A stretch of DNA of 64,000 nucleotides, from the NCBI RefSeq assembly GCF_004010195.1, contig NC_057718.1:60196137-60260136 (forward strand). The letters are read 5' to 3'. Below, piece by piece: positions 23,641 to 38,040 of the stretch; the stretch's first letter is position 1; each line of letters opens with the position of its first letter. The notes beneath the pieces are model-generated. The model had not been told where the DNA came from. It did no database searches and saw nothing but the letters and a program-made list of their open reading frames with translations. This DNA is from Chiloscyllium plagiosum. Taxonomy: Eukaryota. The position numbers and the translations under genes are program-made.

Positions 23641-25359
23641 GAAATGTAAATTTTATGATTCTTAAAATTAATTCTGTGAAAAGTTGACAAAGTCCAAATG
23701 ATTGAGCTGCCAGGAAAATACAAATAGACAATTTGTGTTACTACAGATACATGTCAAGTCAAAGATTCTTCAATATTTAATTCTCCTCAAAAATGATTCA
23801 GAGGGAATTTTATATCTAAACATGCAACAGCAGTTCATTCACACCAAAAAAATGGGTAAGAAATTGAACATTGTTGAACTGGCAAAAATAATTGGTTTTG
23901 CAGTTGTTACATTCTCCACCCACGAATACTTGAAAATGTTTATCTAAAACAATTAGGCTATTTGCAACTACTAATGAGAGATTTTACCTCAGGTATAAAA
24001 CTCTTAGGGAAATTGTTTTGTCTTCACATGTAGCAGGTCACCAGAAAGGTACTCTTGCATCCCTTAGCCACTTCACCCATCTAGCACTCACCTCAGGGCT
24101 TTTACTGAGGGGCTGGTGCTGAGAAGCATATAAGTTGTTTTATGAGATGTGTCAGCTGTTTGCAGTGACACAGTTGTTTCCACAGGTTTGAAAACTTACT
24201 AGGACTTAGAGATATACAATATCAAACACATCTAAAACTTTCTGTAGCTGAGCACTATGCATTGTTTCTATGAAAGTATTCCTACAGTGATAGCAAAGAA
24301 AAATTTACATGTTTTAAGTTCTTTAGTTTATTCCTACACTTTGTTAAGGTCCGTATTAATAGCAACTTCAGTGATCCACTATTTTAAAATACATTATCAT
24401 CTAAGTCTTTAGAAGGATTTTTTTTCAACAATGTCCAGTCTTTAAATCCTATCTGAAACATAATTAGTAAACAACAAAGGTCTGGATATGTATAACAGCA
24501 TTATGAACACACTTTAAAAATGAATAAAATCATATTATAAGTATTGATCATCGTATCATTAACATATGCATTCTAATTTTTCTACACAATTTTGGGGTGC
24601 AAATTGCTATATCTGATCTCTGCCTGTGCTTCATGTTATTGCAAGTGGCTTCCATGTAAGCCTGGCAGCCAGATAAAACAGACTTTTGTGCATATTTTTA
24701 TGAAGTCTAACACCTGCTACTGAATTCCTTCTAGAAATTTGGCAATAATATGTGAAAACCTGCTCTTCTCAGGATCCTAGGTTTGCATATAACCTAATAA
24801 AAGATCCTTAGGGTTGCTGCAGGCCAGCACTAAAATGTAAGATATTTTCACTTACCTTTATGTGGAGCTGTGGGGGAACCTCCTAAGCTTACAGCATTCC
24901 TGTAGACTTTTGCTAGCCATTTGCTTGTTCTCTTCCCCTGCCTCTCTCCGATCCATAGCTTAGGTCCACTTCCAATGAAGCAATTAGTTCAAATTAGATA
25001 GAGCAAAGTGTTGAGCTATTCCCAGAGGCATGATAAGCCCTGAAGTCATAATTATTAAAATAAGGCTCAAGATTCAATTTCATATGAGCTTCAGGGCCTC
25101 AACATCGAGTATATCTTCCACACATACTTCTTTTACTAAACTGACTAACTTCTGATACATCATTGTGAGCAACATCGTATGTTGATTCCAGTAGAACAGC
25201 AACTCCTGGTTGCTCTTCTTCTTTGCTGTAGCCTTCTCTTGGATGACTCTGTAAATTATTTGCTTCCTACTTGTGTTGTGCCTCTATAGGGAAGACATAA
25301 ATGGGAAGGTACCTGATAAAGATTGAGTATCGTTCAGTTGTTATGCCTTTTACCTTTTA

Positions 25360-25665
25360 GCTGCATGGTTCTGTGTTCTGGCCTTACTCCAGAGCCAGAG
25401 CTCAGAAAGCCAGGTTGACACTCCTGTGTGGTATAGAAGGGATGCTGCATTGTATTGCATTGCTACCTCTTGAGTAAGACATCAAACTAGGTCCCTACCT
25501 GCCTACTCCGGTTGACCATGTTGCTGTTTGCTGGAGTTTGCTTTGAGCAAATTGGTCAACATTGTTCTAGATTACAGCATTAGCTATATTTCAAAAGTAC
25601 TTTATTGGCTGTAAAGTGCTTTGAGACATCCGGTGTTTATGAAAAATACGATTTAAAGGTGAAAC
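25360..25665 (+). mobile_element. Deu-domain SINE (SacSINE1/AmnSINE1-like), decayed
   Basis: gttgacactcc.gtg..gta..gaagggatgctgca...ttgctgtttg..ggag.ttgct....caaattgg...ttcaaaagtacttt.attggctgtaaag.gctttg.gacatcc matches the DeuSINE body and tail as I recall them. Confidence 0.65.
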
Positions 25666-27020
25666 ATTTAAAATTGTGTCACAAAAGACGAGGAAAGAAG
25701 GAATGTCTGAAAGGCAGAACAACTGTGAGGAGACCTCTGGAATCTCTCCAGTGAAAGCTGGTTTTTTGACCAAAACTTGTGCTGAATTTAACTTGTCCCT
25801 GGTTTGACAAGTAACTCAAGTAATTTTCCCTCCTTTTGACACGTTTAGCTTTAGTTGAATGAAAGCTGGGGGTAAATGGTAGAATTTCAGAGAGAATAGG
25901 TTTCACTGACTATCTTATCACATACAAACATAGACTATTTTGAGAATGGGTATATCTTACAGTTAACATTCGAACAGCATTTAGGAAACATCTTAGAGTG
26001 TGACTCTTCAGCTGCAAACAGTTAAATAGTATTAACATTTCTTTTAAAATTTTGGTAAGCCAGCATTTGACTGACATGGATATTAATGGTTAAAAGGTTG
26101 GGAACAAAGCTTTCTGCAGGGAAATTCAATTTTTTTTTTATTTGGAGTATACTCCCTCTCTCTCTTCTCATAGCAGCTGGCCAGCATAAGGTACTGCTGT
26201 CATACATAGAACTGCATTGCCAATTAAGGCAATTGTTCACAAGATTATCTGGGTCCAAGGAGGAAGAATCTTAGTCCTGTAATAATTCCAGATCTCATTA
26301 CCCAGCCATGCCAGTTAATCAGCAATAGTGCAGTAAAGTTAGCAAAAAAAAATCTTGCAGTTAACACTCCAAATTCACCATGTTTACCTTCCTCAAAATG
26401 AAACAACTCACAAGTGCTAATTTCAGGATGCAGAAACTGCTCACAATGCAATGGTGAGCAATATGACTCCTTGTAAGATGCATGCGTACATTAGTCACAT
26501 TACACCATCGTAAACTATAGGCACCGAATTCTGGACAGAACAGCATATAGTGTCATTTCAAACTTCCATGTCATATTTTCAGCAGTTGTTGCAACAAGCT
26601 TCAGAGATTCATCAACAACTAATCAACTATATCATTAATAACTGCCTACAATGTAGCAAATAGATATAAAGTGGAAAGCTAACATTGTTTTAATGTCTAA
26701 GTTCATAATAGTATGCTAAGCCTACTTTGCACCAATCGTTTAATCCAAATAGTCATGTGATATACCATCACTGATATCTCTTTTATGCTTACTTATTTAT
26801 ACACTGTCCAGTGGGACATTACATTTCATTTTAATAATATCGTTATGATCGTTGTAGAGACAGACAACTTTTGAAAAGAGACAAGTTTCCCCTCAATCAT
26901 TGGATAGAATTAAAGCACAAGATTTCATCCTTTAGGACTTCTACTGTAACAAACAAACTAAAATCAAAAATAGATCAAACATTACTTTATGAACAGCGAG
27001 TAAACTAAAGTATAGGAAAG

Positions 27021-27212
27021 GGAGAAAATCCTAGAGCAACTTAACAGGCTTGCCAGTATCTGCAGAGTGAGAAAAACAGGGTTCAAGCTTCGAATCCGAC
27101 ATGACTTCTTCAAAACATTAAATCTGCTTCTCTGTCCACACATGCTACATGCTACATTTTTCTGACATTTGCTGTTTTTATTTTGGATTTGCATCATCTA
27201 CAGTATTTTGGT
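27021..27212 (+). mobile_element. Old palindromic PLE-type element (second family)
   Basis: The left arm (caacttaacaggcttgccagtatctgcagagtgagaaaaacagggtt) is an imperfect inverse of the right arm, and gacttcttca at the centre is a reverse hammerhead core. Confidence 0.55.
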
Positions 27213-28619
27213 TCACTAAATTGAAGGTACTGATGCATGAATTAACAAACGCAATATTGACATGTATGATAAGGTTTTATTTTGCTGTCTACACTTCTGG
27301 GAGATACGTAACAATACAAGAATAAATCCCAGATTATCACCAATTTCCTAGCAGACTCACTTACACTGCCACATCAAGCTGAAATCCATAAAGTCCTTCA
27401 AAAATCATTCCCCTAAATCTGAGGTCTTACAGATCTAACTTTTATCAGTTAAGCCCACCTTGGCAACTCCTGTTTGTTTAAATCTTCAAAAGTCCTGTCT
27501 CTTCTATCTTCTTATTTTTGAAGAGAGCACAAGTTCTCACAAACATCCTCTTAATGGCTAACATCGTACAGTCTTTCTATGTTCTTCACGGATGTAGCTA
27601 TGTTGTTCCTCCAAACAACATCAATTTCTTTGTCTTTCTCTCTCTTTGAATGTCAAAGGCTGCTGCCCAGGTTCTGTAAGGTTGCCTGCTAGACTGTGAA
27701 ATATATTATGATAATCAAGTCAATTTCATTTAAGTTTTTTTCCCCTTGCTAACTCGATCATGCAGATCTGTTTCAAAACAGGGTGGCTTGATATGACCTC
27801 ACTGTCTCCCTTAAAATATTCCGTTTCACTGTGAGCCAAAGGAGATATTTCAAAATACAACCTGGAAAGTTCGGCATTGAAAACATTATATCCTTAAAAA
27901 ATACTCTTAAAAATTGAAATGTAATTAATATATGTAGATCTGGGAGTCAAGCTCTCATTCTAATAACTTCTCTCAAAGAAGATCATAAAATGTAAAATGT
28001 TTAAAAGCCTGCTATGAAAGGAATTAGAAAATGTGTATAAATTGCTTTAGCTTGCTGGGGATGGGTTGTACGGATTATCACCTTATCCATCTCAAGTACT
28101 ATCTCTTAAATAACTCCTTCATTTGTGAATATAGGTTAAACTGTCATTGATCACACTTACCATAACATGCAAATAATTTTATTGATGGCATTTGTGCCAT
28201 CCACAAGAATAATTTTTGTAAGCATTTGTGAACAATTTAGTGTTGCACATTAATCCACAGAGCAGTGTTTGCCAGGAGGGCTTCTATTTCTGCCACTGTG
28301 TCACACCATTCTCATAACTCAGCATTGCTATAGGCCTGCAAAGAAAGTGTAGACAACTTTCAGACATCAGCTCCTTTAACATCCACAAACTTTCACTTCT
28401 AAGCTGCACAGTCATTGTAACTACCTACAGTTGAAGTTAAGGTAGCCCTGTATCTACCTTTGTTATGGCTTGACCCTATTAAGAGAAGTGCCTTATGCTG
28501 TTTGCTATCAGGTATCTGCATCTGACCTGAGATAAGGTTGCTGATGTTTTCACAGCTGTGGCCAAGCAAAACAACAGCAGGTACATAGTCCAAAGGTTTG
28601 TTATGTTTGCATTACTGGA

Positions 28620-28820
28620 TATTATAGGAACATTGGAACAGGAGTAGCCCCATGAGCCTATTCCATCATTCAGAAAGATGAAAGTGATCTGTGTCTAACT
28701 CTGTATGCCTGCCTTTGGTCCATATCCCTTGCTTAACAAAAATTCATTGAAAATTAAAAACTGATCCAGAGTGCACTACTGTTGTAGAAGAGATTTCTAA
28801 ATATATATCACCCCTTATGC
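28620..28820 (-). mobile_element. CR1 3' tail fragment
   Basis: ataggaacattggaacaggagtagcc is a reverse tail and 3' UTR. Confidence 0.55.
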
Positions 28821-30436
28821 ATGTTGAAGATCAACACAAAATGAACTGCTTAAAAGCTCTTTTTGATTTCTCTTTCTGTTTCAATGGGCAATTTGACAAT
28901 TTATGTCCGAGAGAACTACTGGCAGATTTTGTCAGTGTGTTTTTTTGAAAATACCAAAATGATCTTCTGTGCTCCATTTTCTACTTTGAATATCACAGGC
29001 TGCCAAAAAGGGTCTGATCAAAATTAAGAGTTGAACTTAGATCAGGCTACAGATCTAAAAAATACACTCTCTATTTTTCACCAAAACTCTTCAAAATTTG
29101 GAAAACAGAATACAGCTCATGGCTGTTTTATTGATGAATCAAGGCAACGGCTGAAAGATATTGTCACCATGAAAGCTTCCAAAGAATTTGAAAACATATG
29201 TTGTGCACTTTGGTGCTAATTGGGAAAGATAAAACCATTTTCACACAACATTAAGCCTTTAAGGGTATGGAAACACATCTACATTATCAACAATATAATG
29301 TGTAACTCTAATGTTTTAAGACTATTTTTAATAATACATATCATTGTTATGAATGTACTTTCTAGTGTATCCATTTGCTGTTGTACACTACCATTTGAAA
29401 GACTATTGTACAAGGAAAATATATTTTCATGTTGCCAAATAATAAAGAAATTCAATGCTTAGGGGCTCAATGAAACTGTGTCACTGAATCTGGACACTTG
29501 TAAATTTAGTCAGATGCTACAAAGGGACAAAACACTTTTGATGAAAATGCAGCAGGATAATCAGAGATGAAATGGTCAATGATTCATGAAGGATGTCACA
29601 TCCACACTATTGTGAGATCAAAGTTGGATGCTGTTGATAGATAGCATTATGACAGTGACAGAGAGAAACATTGATCTTAATCCATCCTATCTCAACACCC
29701 AACAACTTGGTTAAATTTAAATTTAGAATTATATGGCCCATCCGCAATTAGCCTTATTTCTGCCTGCTGTAATATTTGCAGCTTCAATTCATATCTTTGA
29801 TAAAGTTCTTGCTGAAAGCAGACAAATGCCTATTTAACGCTCAGAAAATAAACAAATATGAAGGGTCAGAGGAGATCAACAACAGGAATTTAGTCCTTTT
29901 ATCCTGGGTATTGTGCCGCAGAAGGTTCAATAGCATGATCAGGTCAGAAAAGGTGAACGACATGGCTCACTTAAATGCAATCTATTTACTCTGCCTTCTC
30001 CTGCACAGCATTGCTCATAGCAATAATACTTGCAGCTATAGACTTCCCTATCCGTCAAGGTATTTTCTCACATTTCCACTTGATCAATCACATTTGCCTT
30101 CAACTTACAGCAATATCACAATAACCGCTCACTTTCACCCTTCATGAATATCCATTGTTTCAAAACATTCCACTTCTCAAACTCATAGGTCTTTTCTTTC
30201 TTTGTAGGCTGGGAAGTGGATGTAGTTCTCCAGTCATCTCCACCTTGATAGCTGTAGCGGATGAGATAATAGAGATAAGGCCAGGTTTCCTTATGCCTAT
30301 CCATTGTTGATTGGAAGTATGGGGGTTGTATGGTAGAAAACACTCATTAAGTTAAAATGCAGCTGTTTGTGCTGAAGAGTGATATTTTGCACAATTATGA
30401 CTTGGAACCTTCTCATCCTGCTGTTTTTTTTTTATT

Positions 30437-30705
30437 CACAGAATCCCTATAGTGTGGAAGCAGGCCATTCAGACTGTCGAGTCCATGCCAACCCTCTGAA
30501 GAGCAGCCCACCAAGACTCTGAATTTCCCACAGCTAATTCACCCAACCTGAACATCTTCAGACTGTGGGAGGTATCTCTGCACCAGAGGAAACCCAGGCA
30601 GACATGGGGAGAATGTGCAAACTCCATACAGACAGTTGCCTGAGGGTGGAATCAATCTTGGCTCCCTAGTGCTGTGAGGTTGCATTGCTAACCACTGTGC
30701 CACCC
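30437..30705 (-). mobile_element. HE1 SINE
   Basis: Reverse head (ctaaccactgtgccacc), V-domain and tail. Confidence 0.9.
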
Positions 30706-31109
30706 TATTCATGTCATTCATCTTCCATGTATGATTTCTTCAAACAATCCCCAAGAAGTGGTACAGAAGAATGATAAGACTCCCATCAGAGGTAATTCAT
30801 TTTCAGATACAGCATTACAGGAATCATGTATGCAGTCTACCAGTTCAGACAGACACAGCTTGATGGGACTGCCAAGATAGGTTGCTATGGGCTGTCCAAG
30901 CATTTGACACAAGTGATAAGAGCAGGCAATGAAGATAGGAATAGCAGTGGAGGGACCCTGTCATGGTGTGTAGGCTCTTCCAAGCTTTGTTCATCTGGAT
31001 GCACATGGAAGTGGAGGAAAGGTGTCACTGAAAAGGAGCAGCATTTCAAGAGACACCATACCTTAGACTGGCATTATAGAAGTCCTTCCCAGCCATGAGT
31101 ATTATGATG

Positions 31110-32250
31110 CCAGATGCTGGGAACATTGCAGCGAGGAACTCACTGCCTGATTCCCTACAGTCAGTCCACCATCTTCAAGGTACCTGTCAGGAGTGTGATG
31201 GAAAACTTTGCACTTGTTTGGATAAGCACAACCCAAAAAAGATTCAAGGAACTTGACGCTATCCAAGACATAGTAGCCAACTGAATCCGTACCATATCCT
31301 GTTGGCTTTTATTCCTACCTTCCCTGGTCCATCCGGTTTACTCCAGATATCAATAACACAAAAATAGTCATAACAACAGGGTATAAACAATTCTTATTTA
31401 TGTGGAAAGCTACATGACAAAGTACTGCAATACTAACAATTAATCAGAGAGTTACCCATACAATTCTTACAATTGCAATTGACCTGGTTTATATATACTT
31501 GTCTGAGGATCACACTGAAACAGATAATCAGCCTGCTCTGTCCCATCCTCCATTCAATAATCAGATGATCCCTGTACCTGAGCTGGTTATCACTCTGAGG
31601 TACATTCACTTATACTCCTTTGCATGCAAGCACCAGTCCTTGACACTGTTCCTCTTCAGCAATTGATTGCTTGACCAAGGCCAAGCACCAGACATATGTG
31701 ACATCTGTCTCTGTCCCTTCACCTTTCATTCATTAGGATATCTATGACTTTTCTCTGAAGGAGGCTTATCTCTTGGTTTAGCAAACCTTGACCCCCGGCC
31801 AGCCTGCTCACAGCTGCTCATATAAGCTATTTCATTGCAGCTTTTATGTCATTCAATCAATTGTGTGGTAGTTACACAGAAGAACCCTGTGATTAAATGT
31901 GTTCTATTGACAAATGGTTACCAATCACATCTCGTTCCTTGCCTTTGGTTTTTAACAGGACTTGACTCAAACAAACTCTGTCACCAATTCAGCATATCTC
32001 CTACTGAGTCACAACACTTAATTTAAACACACATATCCCTTCAGAAAACAGTAAGTCATTTTCTGACTGATCATCCTTCCAACAGAGCAGGCTTGCATGG
32101 TTTTTCTCATTTTGGCTGACACTGTAATTTAGAATTACAATCTACAGTGTTCGCTCTGTCCACTACTGCTGCAAAGAAAAACATTGTATACTGTATGTAA
32201 GATGCACTGCAGAAATTCACCAAACCTTCTAAGTGCCAGCCCTGTCAAAC
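31110..32250 (+). mobile_element. CR1/L2-group LINE (second lineage) ORF2 remnant split by a solo LTR
   Basis: STIFKVPVRSVMENFALVWISTT..RFKELDAIQD (31165-31299) resumes at 32140 as ...YKMHCRNSP-like sequence (aagatgcactgcagaaattcaccaaa). Confidence 0.65.
31300..32139. mobile_element. Solo LTR
   Basis: An 840-bp insert with TG...CA termini and a 4-bp flanking repeat atcc/atct that interrupts a collinear LINE. Confidence 0.6.
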
Positions 32251-32528
32251 CAAACTATAGTCTCCTGTGAGATGTGTTTAATTGTGGGCTACAAATTGCA
32301 AGATTCACCAGATATAATCCAGATTCATTAAAGTATGTAAAAGTGAAATAATTAAGGATTATTGTAATTTTGACTGCCACTGGCAATGGATATCCACTTG
32401 CTCAATTTTGAAGGAAGTCTTCTTTCTGGACACTGCAAATGTCTGTGTCAACTTGATGGGAATCTCTGAGAGACTGGTGCTTGGTCACTTTCAGCAATTT
32501 TACTTGCTGTCATTATACCTTCAAGTAT

Positions 32529-32930
32529 AAACAGAAATTGCTGGAGAAACTCTGCATCTGTACATCTGATCTGTACATCAAACTGCCTAAAATTAATTTG
32601 GGTCAATTAACATTGGAACTTCTCAATGTTGTGCTTAATGATTTGTAAACCTACCTCAGGATGACTTCTCATACTAGCAATGAAACTGTCACTGTTCTGT
32701 AACATTCAAGTAATTGCAAACATATGGCAAATCTGTAAGGAATTGTTCTATAGTGATCTAGTGAACCACTGCTGCATTGTGGGTCTTCTTCCATTCTGAA
32801 GCAGAGCCAAATTGAACTCAAAACATTCACTTTGTTTCTCACGCCATAGATGCTGCCAGGCTTGCTAAGTTTGCCCAGCATTTTCTGTTTTTATTTTAGA
32901 TTTTCAGCATCCACAGTATTTTGTTTTCAA
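32529..32930 (+). mobile_element. Old PLE-type element with short inverted 5' arm; hammerhead remnant at 32793-32831
   Basis: aaacagaaattgctggagaaact is the inverse of agtttgcccagcattttctgttt. The remnant reads ATT-CTGAAGCA-GAG..CTC-AAAAC-ATT. Confidence 0.55.
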
Positions 32931-33967
32931 TAATTTGGATATACATTATGTAGGGGATATCAACTCATTCAAGCTGGATTGGTTGGCTTATCTCCTCTGT
33001 ACTGTGCAGTTATAGATATTTGAAGAGAAGGATACTGTTACTGCTGCGGATAGTCTTTCAGCTATTGCTACTTCTCTTGTTCTTCATCTAAAGTGCAGAT
33101 TACCCATGCTGCCCTGAGGCTTATAGCTACTAAGTGCAGATCAAAAGCAAAATCTTCCAAGAAAGTAGAAATAACCTGAAAGCACAGACAGTAATAAAAT
33201 GCTACAAAATTAAGTTGAGGCTCTTAATGTTGTGATTCCTCTCTGCTGTGCATAATGATTTGTGAACCTTTTCCAGCATGATTTGACATACTTGCATTAA
33301 AACTGACAACGTTGTTTCACATTCAGCTAATTGAAAAGATATAATAAACATTTAAAGGCATTGTGCTTTAGCCATCACTGATATTAATGCAGTGTATGGA
33401 CTTTGTAGCTTTTTTTTCTATACCTCCTATAATAGGGCAGTGGCCTGTCTCCAAAAGAACGTGGACAGGTCATCTTTTCACAGCATGGTTACTCACCAGC
33501 CCATATATGAGTCTTATATTCTATTTAACATCCATGTAATTAGATAAAGGAGAGAAATGAAAAAGTCAGAACTTGAAAAAGAATATTTAACTAACTACAT
33601 AAATGAAATGATTTTGGTGTCACTGACTGACTAGATCATGCTTGGCTCATTGAATGATCTCTCTTTGAATGGAATAAATTGTCTTAATCAGGAAAGGTGT
33701 GCAACGACGTACACAATGCAGTCACCATCAGAACTCAAGTCATTGATAACATAGTGCTAATATTTTTCCACACGGCTGACCTGCTAAAAGGAGAAGATGT
33801 GTCTCTGTCTTCTCTTCTAATGCAGCAGTGATTTCCTGGATCCAACCATGCATGAATTCATGACATGCAAATTGGTAGATGACATTTGGATGAACTCGAT
33901 GGCTCAGGATATCAACAGAACAGTCTCGTTACAGCTACCAGCAAAGTTGCCATCACAATGCAGCGCA

Positions 33968-36900
33968 GGCTTCACTTGAAGTGTACTGGGACCAATGTCC
34001 TGGGGAATCAAATAAAGTCTGTAGAGCGAGCTTTAAACTAATTAGAGGGGAAGCATTTAGGAGAGGAGAAAAGTAGACAGAGAGCAAGGGGATACCGCAG
34101 CATTACAGTTGGAGAATGACTCCCAGAGTAGGACAGGAAGGGACAGAACATACAAAAATAGCAGTAAATAAGATTAAAGGGTGAAAAAGGGGAGAAAAAG
34201 ACAAATTTAACAGCTCTTTTATCAAATGTATTTAGTAATCCAACAAAATAAATCAATTAACAGCACAATTAGACGTTAATGGATATTACTTTATAGCCAT
34301 TACAGATAGAGACATGATTACAAGGAGATCAAAGCTGGGAAGTAAATTTTTGAGAGTTTATAGATTTTTAAAAGGACAGGCAGGAAGGAAAACTTGTGCT
34401 TTATTACTATGGAATGGAATAAATATGATTGCAAGACACGATGGGGCGGCACAGTGGCTCAGTGGTTAGCACTGTTGCCTCACAGCGCCAGGGACCTGGG
34501 TTCAATTCCCGCCTCGGGCAACTGTCTTTCTCCCCGTGTCTGCGAGGGTTTCCTCTGGGTGTTCTGGTTTCCTCCCACAGTCCAAAGATGTGCAGATTAG
34601 GTGAATTGCCCATGCTAAATTGCTCATAGTGTTAGGTGCATTAGTCATGGGTAAATGTAAGGCAATGGACCTGGGTGGGTTGCTCTTTGGAGGGTCGGTG
34701 TGGGCTTGTTGGGCCAAAGGGCCTGTTTCCACACTGTAGGGAATTTTAAATCTTAAAAATTATCCTGGACCAGAAGACGTAGACTTCATTTGGGTGGATG
34801 TAAAAATTAACAAGAGGAAGAATGTGCTGGTAGAAGTAGTCTATAGGCTCTGAACTGCAGTTGTATGATAAGGAAGCAAATAAATCAAGAGATAATAAGG
34901 ACATGTAAAAATGGCAATACAATAATTGGGGTGATTTTAATCTTCATGTAGCTTGGGAAAGTCAGATTATCTGAGATAACCACAAGGAAGAATTCCTAGA
35001 GTATATTTGGGATTGTTTCCTACAGCAGTATATTGTGGGTCCAACCAGGGATAGAACTATTCTGGATCTGGTGATATCTAATGAGACAGGTTTAATAAAT
35101 GATCACAGATTAAAAGAGCCTCTTGGAAACAGGGGCTATAACATGGTCGAATTTAGCATTCTGTCTGAGAAGAATAAACTTGGATTGGAAACAACTGTAC
35201 TAAACATTAGTAAGGGTACTCACAAAGGAATGAGATCAGAGCAAATTGAGTGGACTGCAAAAGGAGTTTAGCAGCAAAGATGGTTGAAGAACAATGTTAG
35301 ACATTTACGAAAACAGTTGATGATTCACAGTGAAGACAAAACCAAGTGAGGAAGAAAGATTCTCACAAAGGAATAAATTGACTATAGGGTCAACCAGGGA
35401 AAGCAAGAATACCATCAACTTGAGTGAAAGCACATACAATGAGCAAAGATCAGTGGTGAAACAAAGGATTAGGAAAATGTTAAAACTCTTAAAAAACAAA
35501 CAAAAAAGAAAAAGAGGGTAAAGGTACCCTTCAAGGATAAACTTACAAGTAATAGTAAGACACACAGCAAAAGATTATTTACATTTTTGAAAAGGAAGAG
35601 AGAGAGAGACATCATTGTTCATATAGGCCCCTTAGAAAATGAGCCTGGGGAAACAGTAGTGGGGGACAAGGAAATGAAAAAGGAGTTAAATAATTACTTA
35701 GCATCTGTACTCACAGTAATAGAAACTAATAGAAGAAAATCCAAAATTATGAAAGAATCAAGAGGAAAAAAAGGAAGTGCAAAGATAAATAAAATAACTA
35801 CCATTTGAGAAAATTTGCCCGGGAAACTAAAGGGGCTAAAGAGCGATAGGTTGCCTGGATCTGACGGAATTGCATCCTAGAATATTAAAAGAAGTAACTT
35901 CAGAGATAGTGGATGCACTGACAGTAATTTTCCAAGATTAAATATTAGAAAAATTTCAGAGATTGGAAAACTGCTAAATAGGGAAGGAGACAAAAAAAAT
36001 TGTAACGATTAGTTATTCCATGAGTAGGGAGATAATGCTATAGCTTTAAAAGGCATGAGTGAAATCACATCTGGAATATTGTGCACAATGCTGGTCACTG
36101 CTCTTACAGGAGTATGGTAATGCTTTGGAAGCAGTTCATAGAAGATTGACCAAACCAACACCTGGAATGAGTGGATTGCCTTAGGAGGAATGGCTAGATA
36201 GACCAGGCCTGTATCCTCTGGAGTTTAGAAAAGTTAAGCAAGAAGGCAAAAGCTTGGCAAATGCAATTTAATGTGGGGAAGTCTAAGGCTACGTTGGCAG
36301 GAAGAATAGAGCAGTTATTTAAAAGGAGAAAACCTCCAGAAAGCTGTAGCAAGGAGGGATTTGAGAGTCCTTGTTCATGAATCACAAAAAGCTGACATCC
36401 AAGTTCAGCAGATAATAGGGAAGGCAAATGGAATGACAGCTTTCATTTCAAAGGAAATAGAGTATAAGTTTAGGGAAATTCTGCTAAAATTATGGAAGAC
36501 ATGAGTTAGATGATGCCTGAAATATTATGAATAGTTTCGGCCCCCTTATCTAAAGAACAATATACTGGCATTGAAGGTTCACTTGGTCAAACCTAGATTT
36601 GGAGGGATTGTCTCATTAAGAAAGCATGAATAACTTTGGCTTGTACTCATTGGAATTTCAAAGAATGATTGGCAACCTTATTGAAACATACAAGAATCTT
36701 AAGGGACTAAGACTGAAAGCCTATTTCTCCTTCTCTAGCAACAGAAGGAATAATCTCAGAGTAAAGGATTGTCCATTTGAGACAGAGATGAGGAGGGTAG
36801 TTAATTTGTGGATTCTTTATCACAGAGGATTGTTGAGTCTGGGTTGTTAAATATATTCGAGACTGAAATACTGTATATAGATAATTAGTTGGTAAGAGAA

Positions 36901-37032
36901 TCACGGGTAATGGAAAAATGCATGAAAGTGCAGTTTAGGATTATAAAATTAGCCACAATCTCATCGAATGGTGGAGCAGACTTGAAGTGTCGAATAATCT
37001 ATTTCTGCTCCTGTCTTATGGTTTTATGGTCT
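33968..37032 (+). mobile_element. Long decayed CR1 (ORF1 end, ORF2 endonuclease to 3' tail; internally deleted/mosaic)
   Basis: LHLKCTGTNVLG (ORF1 end), IAITET..QGD and GDFN..PTRDRTILDLVISNE..DHN-like EN motifs, and a tcttatggttttatggtc tail. 36050-36235 is out of order and probably comes from a second copy. Confidence 0.85.
34443..34753 (+). mobile_element. HE1 SINE nested in CR1
   Basis: Intact A/B boxes (tggctcagtgg, ggttcaattcc), V-domain and tail. Confidence 0.95.
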
Positions 37033-38040
37033 GACTGTGAAAATGGATCGCAAATTATCACTCAGCTTTATAAAATGTTGTAAATTCTTGCTTGTTATGT
37101 TTTACCCATTTGATGTATTTTAGAGTTTGAAATGCAGGATGTTTAAAAAACATTTTGCTACTAGGCTCAGAATTAAGGCTCAACTCCACTTCCACAAGTG
37201 AATGCAAATTTAGTCATGAATGCAGCTCACTCTCCAAATTTAACTAGCTTTCGGAAGTTATATTTCTAGTGTTACCTTGTTATATTGATATTTTTGGATA
37301 GTGATGCCAGGGAGGTTTTGTAATTATATAAAATATTACTTACAAAGAAATAGATTTTATGTTTTATTTAAAGCTCTAAAATCCAGTTTTCAATTTACAG
37401 AGGAAAGATTTGGCTACTTACTTGCTAGTTCTTACTGAGAAACAGAATTGTTCATGACAACTTTTTTAAAAAAGCGAATGTTAACTGGCCACCTGAGACT
37501 CACACAACTTGATTTTAAGCAAGCTTTGATATGCATGGTCAGCTCTTCCACTAAAACACTTAGGTGCTTTGGTAAAATATTGCCGACAGGCCCCTATACT
37601 GCATTTATAGGGTCCTGATGTAATGGTTAGGTATCAAAATGTAGCACTGCAGGTCATAAAGCACTCCTTCCCTCTCTCAATGGTTGATTTCTCATGTCAC
37701 CTCGCTACCCCATTGCTATGTCTCCTAGTTTTCAGACCTTGTTACCTTTCCCATACTGTATGTTTGACTCTGTATTTAGCTCATGAAGCCTTGGTAACTT
37801 ATCAAATGTATTCAGTTGAGACCCAATTATACAAAAAATGTTATGATTCCAGTGGATTGCAATACTGGACAAGTCTGAACCCAAAGTGAACCCTGGCTTG
37901 ATAGTCCTAAGTTTCAGTTTTGCAATTTGGTTGCCATGATGGGACATTACTGAAGATATTCACACAAATCTGATAACCTACTTTTACCAAAAGAATATAA
38001 GTTTATCACACAAAATGATAAAAAAGAGATAAGTGATAAT

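Noticed and set aside
34443..34520. tRNA-like A/B boxes
   Set aside because: These are SINE heads continuous with the HE1 body, not tRNA genes.
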